A model generated the notes under the pieces. It worked only from the letters and a program-made list of their open reading frames with translations. It was not told where the DNA came from and did no database searches. The position numbers and the translations under genes are program-made. Below are positions 20,201-29,144 of a stretch of 64,000 nucleotides of DNA, in pieces. Origin of the DNA: Promethearchaeota archaeon (GTDB taxonomy: Archaea > Asgardarchaeota > Thorarchaeia > Thorarchaeales > Thorarchaeaceae). The stretch spans positions 28,511 to 92,510 of the forward strand of contig JBHLPF010000007.1 of NCBI GenBank assembly GCA_048939765.1. The letters run 5' to 3'. How positions within the stretch are numbered: position 1 is the stretch's first letter; each line of letters begins with the position of its first letter.

Positions 20201-20989
20201 TCACAGAAACAGCGACTCCTTCTCAAGCCGCTCTATGGCGGATGTTGTCCATAGCACAAGCCGGCCTGGATGTGTCCCTGGTGCCAACAGGTCTGCGTTC
20301 AGTCCATGAACTTCAGCGATGTCTACACCTGGGAGATTCCGGGCAGCCTTGACGATTCCTTTGTCCTGTCCTACTACAATCAAGAAGGACTTCGGGGTCT
20401 TCATCTTTCTGCCGCGCATCTTCCCCTTGCCAGCCCTGACACCACGACCATTGATGGCCCGCATCAGATCGTCTTCAAGCCCTAGTGCTGTGACTACATC
20501 ACGGACCTCCTTGGTAGTCTGCAATGCTTCGAGCTTCTCACTGACTATTAGGGGCACTGAGGGCACTGAGCCAGTCTTGTGGCCTCTCTGTTCCACAATC
20601 TTCTTGCTGGCTGTGGCTGCAATAGCAGAACGAATGGCAAGACGGTTCTCCTTCTTATTGATCCTCTCGATGATGATTTTCCGGGCCTCGGGTGGATGGG
20701 CAACTCTGCCTCCAACGGTCCCAGGAGCGAAACCTGCCTTATTTGCAGCTGCAGTTCCACTGCCTTTTATACGAGGCATCCTTGATCTTCCGTGACCTGT
20801 CTGCCAGCTCTCCGCTGTATTTCGTTTTCCAGCAAACTCATCCACACCATGAGGTTGACGCCTCTTTGACTGGACCGCAAGCACAGCTCGCTTGATGATG
20901 TCGGGGCGATAGGCAGTTTCGAACTGAACAGGTAGCTTGATCGAAGGACCAGCCTTTCCTTTCAACGAATATGTCTTTACGCTAGCCAT
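20201..20989 (-). CDS. rpl4: 50S ribosomal protein uL4
   Basis: RPDIIKRAV, AESW.TGHG, RAGKGKMRGR, LAPGTHPGRL. Confidence 0.98.
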   Translation of the reverse strand: MASVKTYSLKGKAGPSIKLPVQFETAYRPDIIKRAVLAVQSKRRQPHGVDEFAGKRNTAESWQTGHGRSRMPRIKGSGTAAANKAGFAPGTVGGRVAHPPEARKIIIERINKKENRLAIRSAIAATASKKIVEQRGHKTGSVPSVPLIVSEKLEALQTTKEVRDVVTALGLEDDLMRAINGRGVRAGKGKMRGRKMKTPKSFLIVVGQDKGIVKAARNLPGVDIAEVHGLNADLLAPGTHPGRLVLWTTSAIERLEKESLFL

Positions 20990-21006
20990 TTCCTTTCAAC
21001 CTCCAA

Positions 21007-22014
21007 TCATTGCTTGGATGTAGTACTGATGTAGTTCACCTGAGTCACTTGACCAAGATGCGACCTCTTGGGCCGAATTGCTATTCTGAGTCGGACTGGT
21101 CTCTTGACAGGACCTGGAACTGAGCCCCAGAGGATGACGTAGTCACCTCGTATCACGCCATAGTTTACAAAACCGCCTGAAGGGGTGATTTCCTCACCAC
21201 GCTCGCCCATCTTCAGTACTTCATTGTTGAAACTGGTACGTGTATGAAATCCAGTCTGTCCAGGACGTGGAACACTGTAACGAATATTCGTAGGAGACCA
21301 TGGACCTATACAACCAACACCACGCTTGGTCTTACGCGATTTGTGCTGAAGAATCCTGATTCCCCAACGACGCACTGGACCTTGGAACCCATGTCCCTTT
21401 GTAACAGCGATTGTGTCAACCAGAGTACCTTCTCGAAGGATGTCAGCGACACGTACATCATTGCCCAACACGCCCTTTGCATACTCAAATGCTTCCTGAA
21501 CGGTGGAAGCCCCCACCTTGTATTCTGAGATATCGGGTTTCTTCTTTGATACTCCAGCAAGCCGTGGTTGGGTATGAACTAGTACGCGAATCTCATCAAA
21601 TGTATCAAGCTGTGATTCGAACTCCTTCATCTTTGCCTTATGTTTGTACTTCTTTGGCAAGGGCATTGCTTTTCGCAGATTCTCAGAGAGATTCTCTGCC
21701 AAGACTTCCGCAATAAGTTTCCGACCATACGCTGTAGCTTTGTATCCACGGATAGAGAAAGGCCTGATTGGAGGAGTGTCGACAATCGTGATAGGGATGA
21801 CTCTCTCCTGCCCCTTAAACGGACTGTTCGGATTTTGGACTGTCATCACTGCATGAGACATTCCGGCTTTGAATCCAACGAAACCAAGCAGCCTTGCATC
21901 GGAACCATCATGCTCTGGCCAGTTCTTAATTCTGGGCAAGAATTTTGATGCCCTTCCTCGAGGAAGATAAGCGAGACTTCCTCTTCTAGGCGCATGTTTC
22001 TTTCTATGTGCCAT
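21007..22014 (-). CDS. rpl3: 50S ribosomal protein uL3
   Basis: PRRGSLAYLPR, GFKAGM, GHGFQGPVRRWG, GSVPGP. Confidence 0.98.
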   Translation of the reverse strand: MAHRKKHAPRRGSLAYLPRGRASKFLPRIKNWPEHDGSDARLLGFVGFKAGMSHAVMTVQNPNSPFKGQERVIPITIVDTPPIRPFSIRGYKATAYGRKLIAEVLAENLSENLRKAMPLPKKYKHKAKMKEFESQLDTFDEIRVLVHTQPRLAGVSKKKPDISEYKVGASTVQEAFEYAKGVLGNDVRVADILREGTLVDTIAVTKGHGFQGPVRRWGIRILQHKSRKTKRGVGCIGPWSPTNIRYSVPRPGQTGFHTRTSFNNEVLKMGERGEEITPSGGFVNYGVIRGDYVILWGSVPGPVKRPVRLRIAIRPKRSHLGQVTQVNYISTTSKQ

Positions 22015-22158
22015 TATGTGTTCACCTGTAGTTTTGCAGCCCAGTCATCTCAATTGCGAATTGTTCAGTAGTAGTATGGTCTAACAACTGAGCTATTCGT
22101 ACTACCGGCCGCGCCATCTGGTGGTCCGCTTTTTAAGTTTCCCCTCTGACTCAAATCC

Positions 22159-24525
22159 TCAAAACCGCGTCTGCTCAGTCCTGGATATAATCTCGTCTTG
22201 GAGGGGCTTGCCAAGATTGACGAAATAGTCACTATAGCCTGCGACTCTCACGATGAGGTCACGATATTTCTCTGGATTCTGCTGAGCCTCAAGTAGTGTG
22301 TCCCTCTTGATCACATTGAACTGTATATGGTGACCTCCTAGCTTGAAGTAAGCCCTAACTAGATGGGCCAGATTAGACCTGCCTTCTTCATCAGCTACGA
22401 TGTCAGGCATAAGCTTCTGATTCAGGAGAGTTCCGCCTGTTCGTGAATGATCAATCTTTGCGACTGATTTGATCACCGCTGTTGGTCCGTTGGTATCAGC
22501 ACCGTGAGAGGGTGAAACACCATCAGAGAGTGGCCGGCCAGATTTGCGCCCATTGGGAGTGGCTCCAGTGACCTGCCCGAAGTAGATATGAACAGTCGTC
22601 GGGAGAAGGTTTACACGATATTCTCCGCCTCTAGTGTTAGGCCGACCATCTAGCATATCGAAATACCCATTGAAGATTGACTGCGCAATGCTGTCAGCAT
22701 AGTCATCATCGTTGCCATATGCAGGGCTTTTGTTAACAAGCATCTGACGGATGGTTTCATGGCCCTCGAAGTTGTCGTTCATTGCCTTAAGCAGGTCTGT
22801 CATTGGTAGCGCTTTCTTGTCATAGACATGATATTTCATGGCTGAGAGAGAGTCGGTCAATGTGCCCATCCCCACTCCTTGAATGTAGGTGGAGTTGTAT
22901 CTTGAGCCTCCATCGTGATAGTCCCTGGCCTGTGCTATGCAGTCGTCCATCAGAAGTGACATGAATGGGGATGGCATATATTGCGCATACAGTCGTTCGA
23001 TGATGTTGTTGCCTTTGATCTTTAGGTCTACAAAGTACCTCAACTGCTTCTTGAATGCTTCAAACATCTCATCATAAGAACCAAAAGCCTCAGGATTTCC
23101 GGTCTCGAGTCCCACCAATGTTCCGGATGCGGGGTCGATTCCATTATTCAGTGTGATCTCTAAAATCTTTGGCCAATTCAAGTATCCTGTGAGGATGACG
23201 CTCTCTTTTCCGAATGCGCCTATCGTGACGCATCCACTAGGCCCACCCATTCGTGCGTCTTCAACAGATTTGCCCATCCGCAGGAATTCTTTGATTATGA
23301 CGTCGGTGTTGAACATGGAAGGCTGACCAAGTCCTGTGCTCACCACATCAACAGCTCTCAGTAGAAATTCCTCAGGATTCTCCTTACTGATTTGGATGCA
23401 CACGCTTGGCATGATAAGCTGCATCTCTTCACAGACCTCAAGCAAGAGATATGAAAGGTCATTCACAGCGTCGTTGCCATCTATCGTAAGACCGCCTGTG
23501 TTGATGAGAGTGAAGTCTTGGTAGGTGCCACTCTGTTCCTCTGTGATTTCCACTTTAGGTGGTGCAGGCTGATTGTGAAATTTAACCCAGAAACACTGCA
23601 GTAGTTCTTTCGCAAAATCCCTGGTCATAAGTCCATTATCAAGATCGTTCTTGTAGAAAGGAAATAGGTTGATGTCAAGCCGCCCGGGATTGAATGAATC
23701 CCACACATTCAGCTCGATGATTACGCCAAGATGCACAAACCAGTATGCCTGTAACGCCTCCCAGAAGTTTCGAGGCGCATTCGCAGGAACATGGCTACAT
23801 ACTTCTGCTATCTTCTCGAGCTCTTTCTTTCTCTCAGGAATGCTCTCTGATTCTGCTAGCTCCTTGGCTTTGTCAGCATGACGTTGTGCGAACTCGATTA
23901 TGGCTTCTGCGACGATACGAATTGCCGTGAGCTCTTGTTCCTTGGCATAGGCTTCTTTGTCATTGTAGAAGTCAATCTTGTCCAATTGCTCATCGATGTC
24001 CTGAATGAAGTCATTGACCCCCCTTTGGTATATCTTGTCATCGAGGATTGCATGACCAGGGGCGCGTTGTTCCATGAACTCTGTGTAGACGCCCGCTTCG
24101 AATGCCTTCATCCACTCCTCGGACATTGCTGCAAACACGCGTTCGCGCATAGTACGCCCGCGCCAGAATGGGATAACGTCCTCGCGGTAGACCTCCTTTG
24201 CGTCATCACTGACTATGAAGCGAGATCTGACACGGTTATTGCAGATCTCCAAGTCGGATATAGTATGACAACAGAGCTCTGGATACGTTGGAGTCGCTCT
24301 TGGACTTGGACCGCGCTCTCCAACAATGAGCTCGTCTTCGCCTATGTAGATTTCTTTGTTGAGAAGGATATATCGAAAGGCCTTGGCCCGTGCCATAGGA
24401 TAAGAGAGGTTGTCAGTGCCACCACTCTGATAGAAATCAGTGACTAACTCGGCCCTTTCTGTAGAGATATATGGGCTTGTCCTGATACTCTGTTCTCTCA
24501 GGCGCCCAACTCTCTCTGTGGTCAT
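22159..24525 (-). CDS. Glycyl radical enzyme, trans-4-hydroxy-L-proline dehydratase (HypD/PFL2)-like, with atypical Cys loop (SGCVT)
   Basis: C-terminal RVAGYS glycyl motif; EQRAPGH, LNVWD, SGTYQDF, LLPTTVH match HypD-type loops. Confidence 0.88.
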   Translation of the reverse strand: MTTERVGRLREQSIRTSPYISTERAELVTDFYQSGGTDNLSYPMARAKAFRYILLNKEIYIGEDELIVGERGPSPRATPTYPELCCHTISDLEICNNRVRSRFIVSDDAKEVYREDVIPFWRGRTMRERVFAAMSEEWMKAFEAGVYTEFMEQRAPGHAILDDKIYQRGVNDFIQDIDEQLDKIDFYNDKEAYAKEQELTAIRIVAEAIIEFAQRHADKAKELAESESIPERKKELEKIAEVCSHVPANAPRNFWEALQAYWFVHLGVIIELNVWDSFNPGRLDINLFPFYKNDLDNGLMTRDFAKELLQCFWVKFHNQPAPPKVEITEEQSGTYQDFTLINTGGLTIDGNDAVNDLSYLLLEVCEEMQLIMPSVCIQISKENPEEFLLRAVDVVSTGLGQPSMFNTDVIIKEFLRMGKSVEDARMGGPSGCVTIGAFGKESVILTGYLNWPKILEITLNNGIDPASGTLVGLETGNPEAFGSYDEMFEAFKKQLRYFVDLKIKGNNIIERLYAQYMPSPFMSLLMDDCIAQARDYHDGGSRYNSTYIQGVGMGTLTDSLSAMKYHVYDKKALPMTDLLKAMNDNFEGHETIRQMLVNKSPAYGNDDDYADSIAQSIFNGYFDMLDGRPNTRGGEYRVNLLPTTVHIYFGQVTGATPNGRKSGRPLSDGVSPSHGADTNGPTAVIKSVAKIDHSRTGGTLLNQKLMPDIVADEEGRSNLAHLVRAYFKLGGHHIQFNVIKRDTLLEAQQNPEKYRDLIVRVAGYSDYFVNLGKPLQDEIISRTEQTRF

Positions 24526-24601
24526 GCATTATCACCTCTTCGATCTATTGGACTGGCTTGTTCCAATAATCTTGTTTCTATAAAAACCACGGGTATGGAC
24601 A

Positions 24602-25459
24602 CTAGTCATGAAAACCAGGAAGGGCTACAATAGTTCCCACTGATTTGTTAATCAGTGCAAGACTCGCTATGATTGCCTCCTCCAAACGCACCGTTTCAGT
24701 ACCTTGTCCCAAGATAGTGTTCACCCAGAAGTCGGAGTTCTTTTTGATTGCATCCTTTTCATTCGAAAGGAGTTCGGCGACACCGTGCATCGGACCGCCA
24801 AAGACTGCAAGGATTGATCTAGTGTTTGCCACGGTGGATGCAATCTCGTTCTCAAGTCGATCGTAAGACGGTGCGTTTCTCGAGAAGATGATTCGAGTCA
24901 TATGAGCCGAGTTGCTCAGTCTATCTGTAAGACTAGTGATTCTCTCTACCTCGAACCCCCAGTATCTCTCAATTTCAGACCGATTGATGGGCTCAATGCG
25001 TATTCTGGGCGTGGTTTCGATGATGCGAAGGAGTGTGGGCGACCTTTCACTCAGTGCTTCAGAGTGGTCAATAAGCTCACCAATACCTATGTCCACTTTG
25101 CCGAAACGAACTTGGACTCCCCACCTAGTCATTCCTATTGACAATTCTGAGGGTTCTGAGTCTAGCGGGTGACTGCGAGTTCTCAGCGGAGGCAGAAGAC
25201 CTGCGAACTTCAAGGAAGGTGTCTTGGGGAAAATACGTCTACGAAGATATTGAGGAGTATCCATGAACTCGAGTAGCCTCACCAATAGGTCGGAGTCTCT
25301 CTTTGCCTTTGAACGCAGGTTTCCGGTTTCATATACAATCACGCGTTCCACACGAAAGACCGCCATCGCTCTGGCAAGGATGCCAGATTTCACCGTCTTC
25401 TGACGCAAGTCAGAACAGTCTACCAGCGATGTGTCAGGAATTGCGACTTGAAGACCCAA
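24602..25459 (-). CDS. SPOUT RNA methyltransferase (COG2106 / SPOUT1-like)
   Basis: VAIPD, ARAMAVFRV, TPQYLRR, GLLPPL, FGGP, QGTETVRLEEA. Confidence 0.9.
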   Translation of the reverse strand: MGLQVAIPDTSLVDCSDLRQKTVKSGILARAMAVFRVERVIVYETGNLRSKAKRDSDLLVRLLEFMDTPQYLRRRIFPKTPSLKFAGLLPPLRTRSHPLDSEPSELSIGMTRWGVQVRFGKVDIGIGELIDHSEALSERSPTLLRIIETTPRIRIEPINRSEIERYWGFEVERITSLTDRLSNSAHMTRIIFSRNAPSYDRLENEIASTVANTRSILAVFGGPMHGVAELLSNEKDAIKKNSDFWVNTILGQGTETVRLEEAIIASLALINKSVGTIVALPGFHD

Positions 25460-25471
25460 TACTGCATCCCT

Positions 25472-25909
25472 CTAGAGGTCCAATGTGAATCTGAGCGTGG
25501 TACGATCCGCTCCCTGTTCAATACTCATATCTGCATATGTCATGGCCTTCACTTCTGTCCGTGTATCTTGACGCTCAAGATCGATATCCTCACCCCATAT
25601 TCGACCATTTAGAGCAAAGCCCTCAGTATCTCTGGAAATCTTTTGAACCTGGAACTTGGAATAGAACTGAGAGTTGATGTCGATGAGTGCTATGAGATGA
25701 CCAATCCATTCCACCAGAAGCTCCTCAATATCAATCCCGTGCACCGTTACATCAATGGATTCGACAGGCTGAACTGTCGATGTATCCAATATCACCTCTA
25801 ATGCTCCAAGTGCCGCCTCCTCAAATGCCTCTTCCAGAGTTGGAGCCCAGCACTCTACTGTGATGTCAGCTGTGTGATCATGATACTTGAAACCGCGCTC
25901 GCCTGTCAT
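25472..25909 (-). CDS. Archease
   Basis: DHTAD, EVKAMTY, C-terminal LDL. Confidence 0.93.
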   Translation of the reverse strand: MTGERGFKYHDHTADITVECWAPTLEEAFEEAALGALEVILDTSTVQPVESIDVTVHGIDIEELLVEWIGHLIALIDINSQFYSKFQVQKISRDTEGFALNGRIWGEDIDLERQDTRTEVKAMTYADMSIEQGADRTTLRFTLDL

Positions 25910-25971
25910 TCTTCTCCAGCGCTCACCTCTACAAGAAGCTTAAAAGGCGTTTCCAACGGTTGCAATGCTGA

Positions 25972-26087
25972 GCCGAGGTAGCCAAGCCCGGATTACGGCG
26001 CTGGTCTTGAAAACCAGTTTCTTCGGAAGCATGAGTTCAAGCAATTCCACAAAATGTGGATTGGAACAAATCTCATCCTCGGCGCCA
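25972..26087 (+). tRNA. tRNA-Ser(UGA) with 29-nt non-canonical T-loop intron (26041-26069, position 58/59)
   Basis: GCCGAGG/CCTCGGC acceptor, G discriminator + CCA, CTGGT-CT-TGA-AA-ACCAG, variable arm; removing the insert restores GTTCAAATC. Confidence 0.9.
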
Positions 26088-26174
26088 TTTCTTCTATGTC
26101 TGTTTAGGTTAATCTCTATGAGGGCTTATTTCAAAATTCACAAAGTCTTTCCTTTATTTTAGATTGATATATGC

Positions 26175-26744
26175 TTAGCATTCAGATGTTTTGTGTAAAA
26201 AGAACTTCTTTTCAGCTTTATAGGGAGGATAAGAGAATAATTCGATATGGGCTATCTGTACTATGAAAGGATTCGTAATCTGTAAATCAAGGTAATCTTG
26301 GGAAATCTCCACTGCCTTAGCTATTTCCTGAGTTGGGAGGTCTAATAGAAGGGTCACATGTGGACTCCACATACTATCTGGTTTTCGATCCAAATCTACT
26401 CCTTGGTCTTCTAATGTTTCCAAGCAGAGTTTTCGTAATGATTGAAGATTGCTTGAATATTGTGGATTAAGATAGAAAACATGGCTGGCAGGAAACGTAG
26501 TCAGACCGGTAAATTCCAGTGAAAAGGAGTTAGAATTAGAAATTGCAGATTCCAATGCATCATAGTATTCTTGTTTTCTTAATTCTTCATGTTCAAGTAA
26601 TGTAATGTGGGGTGGCACTCGCACATATGTTTGACCATGCAAATCTGGAGAATCATTCAGGATTTTCTGTAATTCTTTCAACTTGTTAGTTGATGCTTCA
26701 TCAAAACAAGCAATTATCCCAGTCCAAAAATCCATGGTCCTCAA
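26175..26744 (-). CDS. 2H phosphoesterase / 2'-5' RNA ligase family protein
   Basis: Two HxT motifs (PPHITL, SPHVTL) about 85 aa apart. Confidence 0.85.
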   Translation of the reverse strand: MRTMDFWTGIIACFDEASTNKLKELQKILNDSPDLHGQTYVRVPPHITLLEHEELRKQEYYDALESAISNSNSFSLEFTGLTTFPASHVFYLNPQYSSNLQSLRKLCLETLEDQGVDLDRKPDSMWSPHVTLLLDLPTQEIAKAVEISQDYLDLQITNPFIVQIAHIELFSYPPYKAEKKFFLHKTSEC

Positions 26745-26825
26745 CTTAGATAATCCAATTCAGTTCAAAGAACCTTAAGGGGTGCCTTAAGGTTTCCGAG
26801 AATGAAGGACCAGTAGTATAAGGCA

Positions 26826-26851
26826 TTCAAATCTCACCCTCGGCGCCATTT
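26826..26851 (+). repeat. att-like copy 1 of the tRNA-Ser 3' end (TTCAAATCTCACCCTCGGCGCCATTT)
   Basis: Matches the spliced tRNA 3' end plus TTT, one mismatch. Confidence 0.85.
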
Positions 26852-26902
26852 AACTCTCGAAAGCTTGATTTTGCAGAGATGCAGAGAATAGTCGGTGTTT
26901 GG

Positions 26903-27892
26903 ATGGTTGAGTGTTTTGTCACAGGGGGCACCGGATTCATTGGGAGCCACATTGTCCGTCTACTGACTGAAAGAGGCGATCACGTTAATGTGTTAGTACG
27001 CAAGACGTCGAACATGGAATTGATTGAGAATCTACCGGTTTCTAAAGCTGTGGGAGATATCACGGATATTGATAGCATGGCGAGCGGAATATCGGATCAC
27101 ACAGAATGGTTCTTCCATAATGCGGCCCGGATGTCAGAATGGGGCGGGAAGGCTAGAAACTGGCCTGTCAATGTTGAAGGGACTCGCAACGCCTTAGAGG
27201 TGGCCCGAAGAAAGGACGTTCCACAATTCATCTATACCTCATCGACCGCCCTCTATGGGTTTCCTGGAAAGCCGATGACAGAGGACTCTCCGAGAAGGCC
27301 ATACGAGTCGTACCAGCAGTCAAAGCTTGCAGCAGAGGAATTGGTATGGAAGTATTCACAGGACTACGGAATCAGGGCTACGGCAGTTAGACCACCAACG
27401 GTAGTGGGCCATGGCGATATGTACCTAGGTCCGATACTTATCGAGGCAGTGAGATCTGGAACATATGTGCACTTGGATGGTGGGAAGAATCGTCAGAGCA
27501 TTGTGCATGGCGAAGATGTTGCACGGTGCCTAATCTTGGCTGCAGAGAACTTTGGAAAAGCCCATGGAAATGCATACAATGTCACATCCTTCATTGTTGA
27601 GATGCGGGTCTTCATAGAGGCTCTGGCTGACGAACTTGGAGTACCAAAGGACTTCCGGAGTATGCCCTACAAAGCTGCACTTGCTGTCGGAAAGGTCACA
27701 TCAGGTTTGTTTCGAGCCTTTCACCGTAAGGAAAGCCCCTTCCTGACAGCTTTTCGCGTGAAGTACATGGGCAGCGACTATGTAGTTGATGACTCAAAGG
27801 TGCGCCAAGAGTTGGGGTATAAACCACGGTGGAACCTAGAAACCACAGTTAGAGACATGGTTGAGTGGGGAGGAGAATTCAAGCCTCGATAG
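26903..27892 (+). CDS. NAD-dependent epimerase/dehydratase (extended SDR, 3-beta-HSD-like)
   Basis: TGGTGFIG, NVEGT, YxxSK; start refined to ATG 26903. Confidence 0.9.
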   Translation: MVECFVTGGTGFIGSHIVRLLTERGDHVNVLVRKTSNMELIENLPVSKAVGDITDIDSMASGISDHTEWFFHNAARMSEWGGKARNWPVNVEGTRNALEVARRKDVPQFIYTSSTALYGFPGKPMTEDSPRRPYESYQQSKLAAEELVWKYSQDYGIRATAVRPPTVVGHGDMYLGPILIEAVRSGTYVHLDGGKNRQSIVHGEDVARCLILAAENFGKAHGNAYNVTSFIVEMRVFIEALADELGVPKDFRSMPYKAALAVGKVTSGLFRAFHRKESPFLTAFRVKYMGSDYVVDDSKVRQELGYKPRWNLETTVRDMVEWGGEFKPR

Positions 27893-27952
27893 AAACCAAG
27901 GCGCTTTTGCAGAGTCTTGTGAGTGTTAGGCTATTGCTTTCCTAGATTCCTC

Positions 27953-27970
27953 TCTCACCCTCGGTGCCAT
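27953..27970 (+). repeat. att-like copy 2 of the tRNA-Ser 3' end (TCTCACCCTCGGTGCCAT)
   Basis: 17/18 identical to copy 1. Confidence 0.7.
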
Positions 27971-28070
27971 CTCTTCATAAAATAAGACTCCCAAGGTGCT
28001 ATGTGTAGCTGAATACGACTCATTGCGTTGAACAAAGAGCTATATAATCAATTCATCCATTGGAAGAATA

Positions 28071-28442
28071 TTGCGTGGTGGTATTGCTATGAATAGGTTT
28101 CAGCGGACGAAGGCCGTACCTGAGCACATAGGATATGCCGTGGTACCAAAGCCGCTCCTGAAACGCTTCATCTTTTTGAGGTCGATGCGTTGTGCAGTTT
28201 GCGTTGCGCTAGCATTCTTGCTGCTTCTGCCTCTTACAATATTACCCGGACTAGTGGTTTTGGTGCTTCCCGCGGAGATTACCCTGGTTGGAAGAATTCA
28301 GGATGAAGCAGAACTTGTTCTTTGGGTGCGGAGTAATATGATCACTCAGGCAGGCACTTGGGAAGATGCTGAGTTAGAAAGCGAAATGGTTCGTCTAAGG
28401 ACCCATGACAGACCTCGTGCTGTACAAGACTACTCACGGTAG
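28071..28442 (+). CDS. Hypothetical small membrane protein
   Basis: Hydrophobic central segment; upstream TATATAA box at 28041-28047. Confidence 0.55.
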   Translation: MRGGIAMNRFQRTKAVPEHIGYAVVPKPLLKRFIFLRSMRCAVCVALAFLLLLPLTILPGLVVLVLPAEITLVGRIQDEAELVLWVRSNMITQAGTWEDAELESEMVRLRTHDRPRAVQDYSR

Positions 28443-28511
28443 ATAACACAGTAGTTTCCTATGGCTTGGGAATCTCGCCTAGTCTGAGTAAGGTAGCAGC
28501 AATCCTTGTCA

Positions 28512-29129
28512 TTAATTGGTCAAAAATACCATTATGGCCAAGACAAAGTAGTAGACCTGATAGGAACTGACCATAAACCTCTCGATCAGACCGAAATAGC
28601 TACTTGTGGCTGTAAATGACGAGATAATGACAAGAATCAGTGAAACTATTGCCGTAATCAGCGAAAATGTCGCAAAAGCACTCCATTCGAATACCGATTC
28701 TAATCGGAACCACATTGCCACCATTCCTGCAGTCGCCAATATTCCTGAGATTGCAATCAGGGTGAGGTGCAGCTTTCCACGGACAGTAACAATCTCACCA
28801 CCAGCATCAAGAGGGAAGAATAGAGCGACAAGCACTCCAAGGAGCCCACTGATTATGAATAAGATAGGCCCAATTATTGAGCCTACTCCATTATTCACTC
28901 CCCAATGAAGACCAAGGTAGAAGACGAAAAGAAGGGTGCTAGATGTAATGATGAACTTGTCAAACAGCTTCTTGTTAGGAGCATCAACTGCCATGAGTGA
29001 GCTGACATCATCTCGAACGTGACTGTAATCAGGCTGGATAATTCCTCCAATGATCCACATTAGAGTATAGATGATTGGACTCAGCATTCCGCAGATTGCT
29101 AGAATCTGAAATAGATTCATGACTATCAT
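28512..29129 (-). CDS. DUF998 family membrane protein
   Basis: PDYSHVRDDVSSL, FPLD, H, GLIER pattern with multiple TM helices. Confidence 0.8.
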   Translation of the reverse strand: MIVMNLFQILAICGMLSPIIYTLMWIIGGIIQPDYSHVRDDVSSLMAVDAPNKKLFDKFIITSSTLLFVFYLGLHWGVNNGVGSIIGPILFIISGLLGVLVALFFPLDAGGEIVTVRGKLHLTLIAISGILATAGMVAMWFRLESVFEWSAFATFSLITAIVSLILVIISSFTATSSYFGLIERFMVSSYQVYYFVLAIMVFLTN

Positions 29130-29144
29130 TCAACCCGTGCCACA

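Larger units (their letters stand above)
26088..27970. mobile_element. Remnant tRNA-Ser-integrated island(s): two single-gene cassettes each ending in a copy of the tRNA 3' end
   Basis: Direct repeats of the tRNA 3' end at 26826-26851 and 27953-27970; first cassette visibly AT-rich; no integrase seen. Confidence 0.65.

Noticed and set aside
28470-28486. Possible third att copy (AATCTCGCCTAG)
   Set aside because: Too few matches to the tRNA 3' end to exceed chance
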